From positions 85,498,001 through 85,562,000 of the forward strand of contig OZ360221.1 in the NCBI GenBank assembly GCA_977017645.1: 64,000 nucleotides of DNA. Direction: 5' to 3'. The notes beneath the pieces are model-generated. The model made no database searches, was not told where the DNA came from, and saw nothing but the letters and a program-made list of their open reading frames with translations. The stretch is from Torpedo marmorata. Its lineage: Eukaryota. Below are positions 12,822-25,566 of this stretch, piece by piece. Numbering within the stretch: position 1 is the first letter of the stretch; each line of letters begins with the position of its first letter. The position numbers and the translations under genes were made by a program.

Positions 12822-15539
12822 TATCATACAGAGATCTAATGTTTTTCATTTTTTCAAACATTTGTCCAATTTTCCCTAAAACGTTGAGACAAAATTAATG
12901 TCAAAATTATTTTTTGGCCAGGCATTCTGCAGTTTAAACATCTTGTTGAGAATGGAGATGTGGCAGATGAAATTAGCCAGATGATATGGAGGGTGAGCAC
13001 CAACATTGGCACAGAGTAGTCAAGCTGACAGGTTTTGTTCTTTGCTGTAAATTCAATGCAATTAAATGGTGTTCCTTTGAAGAAACTAACAAGAATACAA
13101 ACTAACCATCCTCACTCTAACTTCACCATTCAGTAGAAACCTCTTTCACCATTACACATCCAAACCATAACAAAATATCCCCTCATACAATTTTTTTGTT
13201 CCACTGAAACAATTTGTTTCCTCCCCACCCTAGTTTCTAACTTACATTCCAGTGAATCCAAGCTGCATCTCTTCCATGGATCCAATTCTTTCATATAACA
13301 TTGTAACTAAGAATGCTTATTGTATTCCACTCATGTATGTCACTGAAAGCTCAATGTTCCTTTTGGGATAAATTCAGGGTTGTCTTGACGAAGATTCCAA
13401 GGTGGTGTTAATGGAGAATATCATTTTCAGAGCAGCAAGTTACTTTTGACACAGAGGAAAGCTATTTGGCCGAGCAGAAGCAGCTCTTGAGTTCTATTTC
13501 CCCTCTCCTTTCTCTGTTCTCTTGAAGCCAATTCATTCTCACATGACCACTTTGCTACTGCCAGCAGTAATTAACATTAGCCAATTAAACTATTATTTTT
13601 CATGTGGGAAAGTCTGTATAATGAGATTATCAAAACTTCCAAAACTGCTTCCTCAAAATCACCAATACAATTTGTACACATCATTAATTTGTGAGATTGT
13701 GTCGTGTACAAAACAGCCACCATTACCAATTTATCACTGGTGACTATATTTCAAAAGTAATAATGTCAGAGAAATGTTTCTGAGTCATCTCAAGAGACCT
13801 GTTTTCATGTAGAGATTAGATTTTAACAAGCCCCTTCCTTCCAAGCCAATATTTACTAAAATTCATCTTCTCCTTGCATGTATTTTCATTGTCCTTACAT
13901 TTTAACCCCAGGAATCGATTGGTCCTTTACAACTGGTTTATATTATTTTTTTAAAATCTGGATTGGAAATTGGATTTAACAGCAATCAATGATTTTACAA
14001 ATGTTTGTTAACTAGCTTTGAGTAAAACGTTTTTGTAATATTTCTGCATGTCTTTCAACAAGATTCAGTGTGAATTGATGTCAAAAATATAAATGATTTC
14101 ATTTACACAGTAAGCAAGATCTCAGAAAATTCACTGAATAACTGTAGTAGGCACTTGCTATCAATTTGTTATATTGGGTGGCAAATAAAGATGTTGATTT
14201 AAAGATTAACCCAAAATAAAAAAAATTCAGACAAGTTTCTTGTACAGGGAAATGTTATTAATTGCATATATTGTCATCCGGAATAGCTTCAGTCATACAT
14301 GTAAAGATTCACAAAATTTATCACAATTTCCATCCAAGGGACATAACCACATGCTAATTAATATTTTGACTGATACTGTGACAGATGATTCATATCACTC
14401 TTTTTCTCTTATCGGATTATGTTAGCCCATTCATAAATACATTCTTTACACCGATGAATAATGCAACCTGACCAAAACCTCAATATAGAACACAGCTCTT
14501 CAAATAAATAATTTGATTGGTCATCAGAAAAATATCCTTACACCTCACCCATATCTCCCTCAAAAAAATTGCTGTCAATGTTGCTGTAAATGATACAGTA
14601 AAATATGCCCAAATGAAATCATATTTCTCCATTTAAAAATGCACATAATAGCAATATCAAATAACAATGTTTCAAAATAATCGACAGGGTTATGAAAATT
14701 GTGTAACATTTGTCTGGGCTTCAGCTGACACCAAGACGAAATGACTTTGGTTGGGGAAAAAAGAATTGTTTTAAATATCAATCTTTAAACCATGGATAGT
14801 CAATGGATCTGAAAATGAGATGCATGCATGTTCTCTTTTTTAAATAACAAAGTGGATCCCGGCCTATGATGTATGCAATAGGACACACTGCAAGGGTTAT
14901 ATCCTTCATGTGTGTAATCAACTTACTATAATTGGAATGAACGTCGATTACGAATCAATACCAGCTAAAAGGGAACATTTTTTGCAGTTGAAATATAAAC
15001 TTTCGTTTATTATTTTAGTGTACCCTTTGAAATCTGGCCCCAGATCCCCGAGAAACAACATCGGGAGGTTCGGCGAATCGTCTCAGTGAAAAGCTTCCTT
15101 CGAAATGTGAGGGGAAAAAATGTTCTATCCTGTTGGTAATCACAACTGGCATCCCCGAATTTAATTCAACTCACAATTACGTCTGACCTACAGGGTTAAT
15201 GTTTCGCCTGAAAATGCTCAAGCCAGAAACTCTTGTCAAAAAACTTGGCAACTCCTCTGCGCGGCCTCCATTCCCGGGAAAGCCTCGCTCTGGAGTTGAA
15301 TCAGCTTCCTTCCAACCTCCAATCCTCACACCACACAGATCACCTCACAGCAAGTCATGTATTTGAAACCAACAAAAAAAAACCTCACAAGGCAAAGTTG
15401 CAAGAGGACAAACGCAGAATCAGTTGTGAGGCAAAGTTTACCAAAAACTTTCCGACTCAAAACTTGGCTGAGAAAAGTGGGGGTGGGGGTAAGAAAACTT
15501 GAAGACTAGGGATTGTACTTTTGTATTCCTCTCTCTAAT

Positions 15540-16300
<761 letters not shown>

Positions 16301-18159
16301 AGATTTAATATTACGACCTTCCCAAACCCTTCCTCCTCAGCCACCTAGATGGTGGATGGTTTCAGAGACACGATGATGAGTTTCAGCATCCTGGCCGAGC
16401 GAATGAGAAATAAACGTTCTTTGCTGTTGATCACTGCTATCCAAATATATTCTGCGGGGACAGTTCAGAACATAGAACAAGCCCTTAGGCCCACGTGTCT
16501 GAACCCAACATCATACAAAAGTAAAAACTCTGCTGCTTGCACATGATACATATCTCTATTCCCTGCATGTTCATGTGTATTTCTGGAAGCCTCTTAAACT
16601 CTATTTTAATATCTGGAAACAGACCCTTTGGCGCTTCCCTTTTCGCTCATCCCATTTTCTACTCCCCGCATTCCCCAATTCTGCCACTTGCCTTGCCACT
16701 GGAGGCAATATGTTGGGAGAAGTTATCAACCATAGCAAAATAATTCATGTTCCAAGGATCTCAAGTGCAAAGTGTCTTCAGCCGGCATGTCGCAAGCTCA
16801 CAGGGGGAGTTGGGGTGTATGAGTGCTGCTAGACTTAGCTCTGAGGAATTTGGTTCGATTTGGTAGAGTCATGGAAAAAGAGAAAAAAAAAAGAGTGAAT
16901 CATTTAAACTGCACTAAGGGTATTTTATTTGGTAGAGGAATGATTCAAAACGATAATCTTTGCATCTTTTAATGAGGCAGAGTTTAAGGACAAGTTTCGT
17001 CATGAATATGCGTTGCTGGCTTTACAAGACAGAAGACAGGTATTTTAGTTGCAGACTGAATGACTCAACACAAACAGTACTTGGAAGTGTTCCTGAAGAG
17101 TGTAATCACTCGAGTTTGCGACCAAGTGCTGCAATGTGGGATGAGGTTGGGTGGCTCTTTTTTCACATGATGGGCCAAATAGCCTCCTTTGGTGTCTTCA
17201 ACTTGCTACAACTCTGAATAACTGACCAATAACACACCTGCTCCTCACTAACTTCTCAAAAAGGGAAATGCTTTCTTCTATTCAGTCCTTTAAAATATAA
17301 CATCACAAAATTTTTTAATGTGTATTTCACCTAACCCTAGCATCTACATGTTTCAAAATACTGTACAATGTTTAAAAATACAATGTTTTTATTTAATTTC
17401 GTTCAAATAATTTGGGAAGTTCCTCATATACTCTGTCTCATTTTTTTATTGCAAGTTAACCCAAGTAGCATGCTTTGAGGTAAATGCTAACTTTATTGAG
17501 TTATTATCATGTTTATTCATCATGTTTAGTCACCAAGAGATTTTGTTATCTTCTGTGTATGCCATTATGTGTGTTTCCTGAACACCAATATCCCTGTCCT
17601 TGACCACTGTTTTGAACCTGAACCATCCCATTCCAATTTTTGGGTATGTACTTGATTCAGTGCTGAATTTCCAATCCCCCTTCCACTCAACTTGAAGAAT
17701 AGACTGCTTCAACATTCATAATATCACCCATTTCTGGTCCTTTCTCACCTCATCCATGGCTGAAGTCCTGAGCAATGCATTGATTATCTCAATTGTTTTT
17801 CTCTCTGCTACTGATGTCCCACCTTGCACCTTCCTCAAACCTGAGCTCATCCAGAATTGTAAATAGACTCACACTGTCATCACCAATCTTCACCATCATC
17901 CAGGTCTGATGTTCCCACCATTTTAAAACTTTTTTGACTGAACCATTCTCTCTATCCCTCCAACTTTCTCCAGGCCAATTCCATCAAGCCTGATTCCAAC
18001 ATTGGTGACCTAGATTCAGCTGCTTTCTCTCCAAAACCTCTCTGCCTCTCTCTTTCCATCTTCTTTATGATATTTTGTGAAAATTTTCCTCTGAATATAC
18101 TCTTATATCTGTCCCAAAGGAAGTTGGTACCAAAAATTGATGAAGGCAGTGTGAAGTCC

Positions 18160-18760
18160 TTTCTAAATCTTTTCCCTCTCACCTTTAATCAATTACCTCT
18201 TGTTTTCAATTCCCATATACTGGGAAGATCATGACTGTTTACTTTATCTATGCTCCTAATGATCTTATAAACCTCCATAAGGTCCTCCCTTTGCCTTCTC
18301 CACTCCCAGCCTATTCAGCCTCTCCTTATAATTCAAACCCGTCAGTCCTGGTAACATTCTCATGAATCTTTTCTGCACTTTTTCCAGTATAATAATTATA
18401 TTTCCTACAGCTGGGTGACCAGAATTATGCACAATACTCCAAGTGTGATTTCAACAAAGTCCTGGATAATGTCCCTGCTCCTGTACACAATACCCTGACC
18501 AATGAAGGCAAGCATGCCAAATACACCACACTGTCTAACTGCATCACCAGTTTTAATGAACTATGTACTGGTACCTGTACCCCTAATTCCATCTATTCTA
18601 CAACATTATCCAGGCCCCCCATTGACTCTGCAAGTCCTGCCCTGGTTTAATTTATCAAAGTGAAATTCTTCACCTTTGTCCGAGTTCAATTCCATCCTCA
18701 TTTCCTTGGCCCACTTTTCCAGTTCATTTCGATCCTGTTGTAATCTCAAATAACTAATGA
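18160..18760 (-). mobile_element. Old CR1-like LINE RT C-terminal fragment
   Basis: The reverse complement resembles CR1 3' coding sequence (…LEYCA.FWSP…, RLNRLG…, GDL.EVYKI-like). Heavily degraded. Confidence 0.55.
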
Positions 18761-20249
18761 TACCAAAGCTTAAGATTTCAATTCACACTTTTCAAATGAT
18801 CATACTTCCTCAATATCTCATTGCATATAATATGACTGCCGATCTACAGCTTTAATATTAGTAAGTAATGACTGGAGATTACTCAAAACTGGAGATATCT
18901 GACATTAATGTAGATAACTGAATAGTCAAGGTCACTAGTTAATTTTTACAAAAAGCTGAGCAGTTATAAAATTAAATTCCTAGAACACTGAGTGTATAAT
19001 AATCACTTAACGTATTCAGTCACCCAAAGTCAGAAACTTTCATAAATGTATTGTGCATGACATCCACACTTGAATAGAATAATCTTTCTGTTGACAGAGC
19101 GTGATAATCACAGATCCAATGGTTTTTTTATTATTTTACATGAAACAAAACATAACTGTGTTGTAAATACAACCAAAATGCTGCCATTGAACACTCTGTG
19201 CTAACATTCCTTGCCAGTTGATAAATCTTTTATTCTTTATTAATTTATGTTTTCACTTTAGGAGTGTTTAAGATTTTTCAAGCATTTAGATTACCAATTA
19301 AGGAATGCAATTTTTCCAACTGAGTGTATCCAATTACCAGAATTAGGCCCCGAGTGTGATTGATATTTGAGATCCCTTCTCATCTGTCAAGTTCACTTTC
19401 AACAGGTGTACACGCTGAGCAGACTTTTATTACCATTGCCTATTTCTTTGTTCAAATACAGAGTGATGTTACCCTTTTTTCTTATGGCAATAGAGACAGG
19501 TGAAAGGTTTTCTGACAAAATCTGTCATCCTTTACACAATCTGTTCATGTTCCTTATATAGAATTACTGTTCAGTTTTGCTGCTGCAGAAATAGTCAATT
19601 AGAACAATAACAGATGATTTAAGAATGAGGCACACTCTGTAATTCTTTCAATCACAGCTCTGCAAGATTTTTGAATTGCCTCTCTTGTCCTGAAGGCAAA
19701 GATTATTTTCAGATTTGGACTCCCACGTGTGTGCAGATCTCCATGTGATTTTCTTCTGTTCCCTCCAGCCTCCACCTTGGTACCATCACGAACTGAGGCA
19801 TGGTTCCAGAACAGCCAGCAACTCACTAGCATCTCAGGCTCATGCATGAGGTCCACAGTGAGCACAGAACAGATGTTCAATGGAAACAATTTGGAACACT
19901 TCTGTTCACTCAACACATTTCTTTGGTTATTTAAATATGGTGGGCTTTATGTATAGTAATTATTAATATTTGATCATTTGCTGTTCAAAATACATTTCCA
20001 TTTTTAATATCTGAGATTGTTAGCTGCTAATTTTAATCTGAAAATGAATACAAATTTGTCAATTAAATTTATATTTTTCTGCCGTCTGTGTATTTTGTTT
20101 GACAATAGTATTAAATTATCCATCAGCAAGGCTCTGGGAAAGTCGGAATTTGGCATACTCACTTCATAATATCTGATAAATAATGAGATCTCTCAGGATA
20201 TGTGTTTTTCATTTGACCATGTATAATAAAGGTTAGAAGACTTGAATTA

Positions 20250-21330
20250 AATTGTTTATTATTGTCAGGTGTGCTATCCAGGCAAGCCAATTCATACTTC
20301 ATTAAATAGGTAGTGCAAAATAAAACAAAAGTGCAGAATATAGTGTTTCAGTGTGTTATAGAGATAAGTGCAGTTTAAATAGTGCAAGGTCCACAATGAG
20401 GTAGTTTTGTGAGAATGAGCGATCACTTTTTGCCGATGAGAGGTCCATTGAAGAGTCTGATAACAGCAGGAGAGAAGCTGTCCTTGAATCTGGTGCTACA
20501 GATTTTCAAACTCAAGTATCTACTGGCTAATGGGAGAAGGGAGAAGAGTGTATAATTAGGGTGGGGTCCTCTATTACATTGGCTGCTTTGCTGAGGCAGC
20601 GAGAATTGCAGATAGAGTAAATGGAGGGTTTGTTGGATTATGCGATGGCCTGAATTGCATTCATAATTCTCTGCAATTTCTTGTGGTCTTGGGCAGAGCA
20701 GTTCCTGTACCAAGCTGTGATGCATCCAGAAAGGATAGTTTATCTGGTTCATCTGTAAAAATTGTTAAGAGACATTGGGGACATTTTGAATTTCCTTAGT
20801 CTTCTGAGGAAGTGGAAGCACTCGTGTGCTTTCTTGGCCATAGTGTAAATGTAGTTGGACCATGAAATATTATTGGTGATATTTACTCCTAGAAACTTAA
20901 AGCTCTCTACCATATCCACCTCAGCATTGTTGACACAGACTGGGGTATGTGCTCCACCTGGCTTCCTGAAGTGGATGGGCAGCTCTTTCTGTTTGCTGAT
21001 GTTGAGGGAGATGTAGTTATCCTGGCACAATCCCATGAAGTTCCTTCCTGCACTCCAACTCTCTATTGCTTGAGATGATGCCTACTACAGTGGTCCTCTG
21101 CAAACTTGTAAATGGAGTTAGAGCAGTATTTGGCCACAGTCATAAGTGTATAAGTAGTTATGGGCTAGGTATGCAGCTGTGTGGGGCACCAGTTTTGAGG
21201 ATTATTGTGGAGGAGGTGTTGTTGCCAATCCTCAGATTGCAGTCTGCAGGTCAGGAACTCAAAGATCCAGGTGCAGAAGGGGGTTGCTGAGGCCTAAGTC
21301 CAGATGTTTGGGGATGAGTTTGGTTCGCAA
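20250..21330 (-). mobile_element. Rex1/Babar LINE 3' fragment, degraded
   Basis: CQDNYISLNISK.KEL..FRK, VESFKFLGVNITNNISW, HFLRRLRKF and RFKDSFSPAVIRLFN. Confidence 0.8.
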
Positions 21331-22254
21331 CCACAGAGAGTTGTGAGTGGCTGGTGGGTGAATGGATAGTAAGGGTATAATTGTGCCTTTGTGTAGTTAT
21401 CAAGAGCATTAATCTGTTCTTTGTTGATTGTTGCTTTTTATTTTGCTAACATGCATGTAGTGGATTGACTGCTGTCCTGGGAACCTATTTTGGGTGGAGA
21501 ATCAAATGCTGCTGATGAACTGTCACAGGATATTATTGATCATCTCCATCAGCTCAAACAACTCCCCAATGTGATTCAGACCTATGGCATACAATTGACA
21601 TTAAACAACAATGTCAAAAGTCATGAGGGAGGGGCAGGCTAATAAAAGCAAATAATATTTATAAAATCAAGAAACAAATACACAATCAAGCATAAATTAC
21701 AGTGATGTCAGAAAATACGATGGAGGTGAACAAAGAATCATGGAATAAAATTACAGAATGGTACAGCACAAGACACCATTGTTGCTAACCAGAAAATCCA
21801 CCATTCCATCCTTCATCTCTTTCTCAGTAGCCTTGCAAATTTTTCTGCACTGTATACTTATCCAATTCCCTCTTCGCTGCAATGGAACCTACCTCTACCA
21901 CATATACAGGCTGAGCAAAATGGTTTCCAATCTCACACTTAATTTTCTGCAGCAGACATCACCTGTCATTTGGAAGGAAGGAGTAAAAGGGTATATATGG
22001 GGATCAGAAGGACCTGTTACCATGCTGTATCTCTACATTTTTAAAAAAACTAAAAAGGAGTGACTTGTCATCTTGTGTAAAACTGCAAAGACGAACGAAA
22101 CACCACTTGATTGTGAATATGAAAAAAGGTCCGTACAAAAACGAAATCAAAATAAATAAGTTACAAGATTAGATCACTTGTTATTGCAAACATTAGAGAA
22201 AAATAATGTCAAATACATTGCATGGAAACACCCCACCCCCAGAAATTCTGGAAC

Positions 22255-22877
22255 ACCTATTGTGGACACTCAACATCTCCTCACTTGTCAGGAAGGCACA
22301 ACAGCGACTGCACTTCCTGAGAAGACTGAGAAGGCTACCGGCCACCATTATGTCAACCTTCTATAGAAGCTCTATCGAGAGTGCCCTGGCCAGCTGCATC
22401 ACAGTGTGGTACGGTTACTGCAGAGAAATGGATCGGAGGTTAATCCGCATGACCATAAGAGTGACAGAGAGGATCACTGGAGTCACCCAACCTCCCCCCC
22501 CCCACCCAATTTCGATGTGATCTACCGGGATCATTATCTGAAGAGGTCGTACAAAATCATTGAGGACCCCTTCCACCCTGCACACAGCATCTTTCAGCTG
22601 CTCCCGTCAGGGAAGAGATACAAGAGTATCAGAGCCAGCACCACCAGGCTGAGAAACAGCTTCTTCCCACGGGCAGTGAGAATGCTGAATGACCAAAGGA
22701 ACTGCTCACACTAACCATCCGAGACTCTTGCATGTGCAAAACAATATTTATTTATATATTTGTATCGATAAAACACTTGTCCTTCATTTGTATTGTTTGT
22801 ATGTGTGTTCTGTCTGGTTGTGTGTCTGCATGTTCTGCACCAAGGACCAGAGAACGCTGTTTCGTCGGGTTGTACTT
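22255..22877 (+). mobile_element. Rex1/Babar LINE 3' fragment, cut in its 3' UTR by an LTR insertion
   Basis: KAQQRLHFLRRLRR, SSIESAL.SCITVWYG, HPAHSIFQLLPSGKRY and RLRNSFFP. Confidence 0.8.
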
Positions 22878-23866
22878 TGTAATGGACCATGACTGACCAT
22901 TTGGACTGCGGACGGTCAGCAGGAAGGATGAACTCTTTTGGAGTACACACTGGGACCTGGTACTGAAAGAGTTAACTTGCCCAGGACTTCTTGTACTTAA
23001 CAGAGAGAGACACCAGGGGGAGACAGACTGTGAAAAGATATATACTTGGGTGGACTTTTGAAAAAGGCACGTGAAGACCTCTGCAGGAAGGCCTTAAGGT
23101 TCAGTCGTGGGAAAACTCAATCAGTGGCAGTTTTGGAGTTGCAAAGGCGGGAGAACTCAGCAGGATCCAGGCTTGTGCATCCCAGAGAAAAGGTTGGGAG
23201 AAGAACACAGAGCCTTCTGAATCAGAAAGAAATCCAGGCTTGTGCATCCCAGGGGAAAAGGTTGAGACCAAAAACAAGGCCTTGGTGATTCAGCAAAATC
23301 CTGAGTTGAGGCCAGGTTTTGTGAAGAACAGGCGTGAGATCAGCGAGACAGGCTGTGAGATCCAAGTACACGCCTCAATCCAGAATGGATTTGGATTCGC
23401 AATCCTTGTGAAAATGCCAGAAGGGAAAGTCATCAGAGAAGAAAAGCAGGCCAAGCATTCGTAAGCATAAACATTCATTGTCTTTCTCCAACGTTCATTA
23501 AGAAGTCCTTCTTGCCAGCACACAGAGCTGAATTTGGACCCTGAACATAGAGAGTGAATTTTTGTGGACTGTATTTTTGGGACTGACTTGTTTTTATGAC
23601 TGACCTGGGGTTTTTGGGGAAGGTTTTTACATTTTTACATGAGGATTGGGCACAGACTGTAATTGTCTGGGCTTTACACACACAAAGACACACACACACA
23701 CACACACACCACACACACACCTTTTAGATAAGAATGGTGTTTATAGACGTTTATAGTGGGGTTAATTGTTGTGAAATTATATGTTTAATTATCTTTAATA
23801 AATATAAATTTCAATTTTCCCCTTTTGCATTGCGTCTTCTGTCGTTGCTGGTTTGAATTTGTAACA
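22878..23866 (+). repeat. 5' LTR of the Gmr1-like element
   Basis: Begins TGTAATGGACC and ends TTTGTAACA, with AATAAA at ~23797. Its ends are homologous to the LTRs at 35766 and 40293. Confidence 0.9.
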
Positions 23867-23870
23867 AAAT

Positions 23871-23888
23871 TGGGGGCTCGTCCGGGAT
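23871..23888 (+). promoter_or_regulatory. Primer binding site, tRNA-Pro
   Basis: TGGGGGCTCGTCCGGGAT, the canonical 18-nt tRNA-Pro PBS, lies 4 nt after the LTR end. Confidence 0.95.
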
Positions 23889-24000
23889 TTGAATCAAAAT
23901 CCATCTTGGTAATTGAAGGAATCCCAGTCTGGTTTAAGACATTCCTTTTGTAAAGCTAATTAAAAGCTAGTGTGTGTGTAAAAAAAACAAAACAGCAACA

Positions 24001-24494
24001 ATGGATGTAGAAAATTTTTTGACATCACCTGAACCTGATACTTTAAAAAAGGCAAAACATGAACAGTTAGTGGCTATAGCCAAAGAGTTGGACATTGTTT
24101 CTGTAAAACCATCAATGAAAAAGGCAGAGATTGGGAGAAAAATTGTCAAATATTATATAAAAGAAAAAAAGTTTGAGGAGAGTGTGTTAGAGCAGTTTCC
24201 CAAGGGTAAACCTTCTGAAAACATACAGTTAGAACGAAAGAAATTGGAATTTCAACAAAAGAGATTAGACTTGGAGGTAGCCAGGGAACAAAAGAAATTA
24301 GACAGGGAATTGGAACAAAAGAGATTAGACTTGGAGGTAGCCAGGAAACAAAAGAAATTAGGGAATTGGAACAAAAGAAATTAGACAGGGAATTGGAACA
24401 AAAGAAATTAGACACGGAATTGGAACAAAAGAGATTAGACTTAGAGAAAGAGGAGAACATTAGGCAATATGAGCTGGAAAAGATTAAGTTGGTA
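24001..24494 (+). pseudogene. Gmr1-like gag N-terminus (frameshifted, with coiled-coil repeats)
   Basis: ORF MDVENFLTSPEPDTLKKAKHEQLVAIAKEL... follows the PBS. Tandem GGAACAAAAGA(A/G)ATTAGAC repeats at ~24240-24445. Interrupted by the BEL LTR. Confidence 0.75.
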
Positions 24495-25120
24495 TGTAAG
24501 AGCCGTAGGCTCATTAACTTACCGTTGTTGCGGCGCTCCGATGTCTCGTCGGCCCGTTCGGAGTGCTCGCGTTGTCTGTGGGCCGTTCTCGGCCCGTTCT
24601 GTGCTCTGCGCATGCGCTGGAGTGCCGACGGGCGCATGCGCAGTTTGGAGTGACGTCATTGTGTGCTGTGCAGTCTGGGAGATGTAGTGTGCGCGGTGGT
24701 GGGTGCGCAGTGTTAGGGGAGCGACGGAGCATGCGCGAATCGGGTAGAATAGGAAAGGAATAGAATAAAGGAAAGATGGAGATGTTAGGAGGGTGAGTGA
24801 GGTCTCCACATCTTTATTGACCGTTTTTACAGCGTTTTATAGCTTTTTACATCGTTTTATATCGTTTTATAGCTTTTTACATCGTTCTACAGTGTTTCAT
24901 ATCGTTTTGGAATTGTTTAAAGAATCATTTAAAGGAACTCATCATACATCGTTTACAAGAACTGTTTATATTAAAGTCATTGAAGATTACTGCAAGTCAC
25001 TTGTGTAAATAAAGGTTTTGAACATATTGGACTTTGTTAGTAAATTAATTAAAACGCGTCAAAGACAAGTATCTCACTTAGCCTCCAGGTGACTAATGTT
25101 GGATCGAAGTCACCATAATA
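24495..25120 (+). repeat. BEL 5' LTR
   Basis: 626 bp starting TGTAAG. About ten substitutions and one 2-bp indel relative to the 3' LTR, counted by eye. Confidence 0.92.
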
Positions 25121-25566
25121 TAGTCAATAAAGGGCTGGCTGTTTGGAACAGAAGTTTGAAAGAAAGAAGATAGAAAAATCTCTCTGTGCTTTGGACTGAT
25201 AATATGGTGGCCATCTTGGAGATGCCTCGAGTTGGGGGCAGTTTGTAATCCACTTCCATCTGCCATGAATAACAGCCAGAGAGGGATTTAAAGCTTCAAA
25301 TCTTATAGTAAAGTGTCCTATAAATACGTTGGAGAAACGAATTTTGGAAAATCAGTGATATTAGTGACGGATGTTGTGGTTGAAACTCGTTTGTGGATTG
25401 CAGCATATTACAGTCATTTGAAGTGGTTGGCATAAGTCTGTGGACTCCTTCTGTGTATCTTTAGCAAGTAAGAACACAGATTGGAATTGCTGCCGCTGGT
25501 CCATTGGGGACTGTTGTTTGGCTAGTGTTGTGTATGCTTGAAGGAAAGAGGAACAAGACGAGTAAA

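Noticed and set aside
17550-18000. Possible ancient L2 fragment
   Set aside because: Only faint resemblance; too degraded to support by eye.
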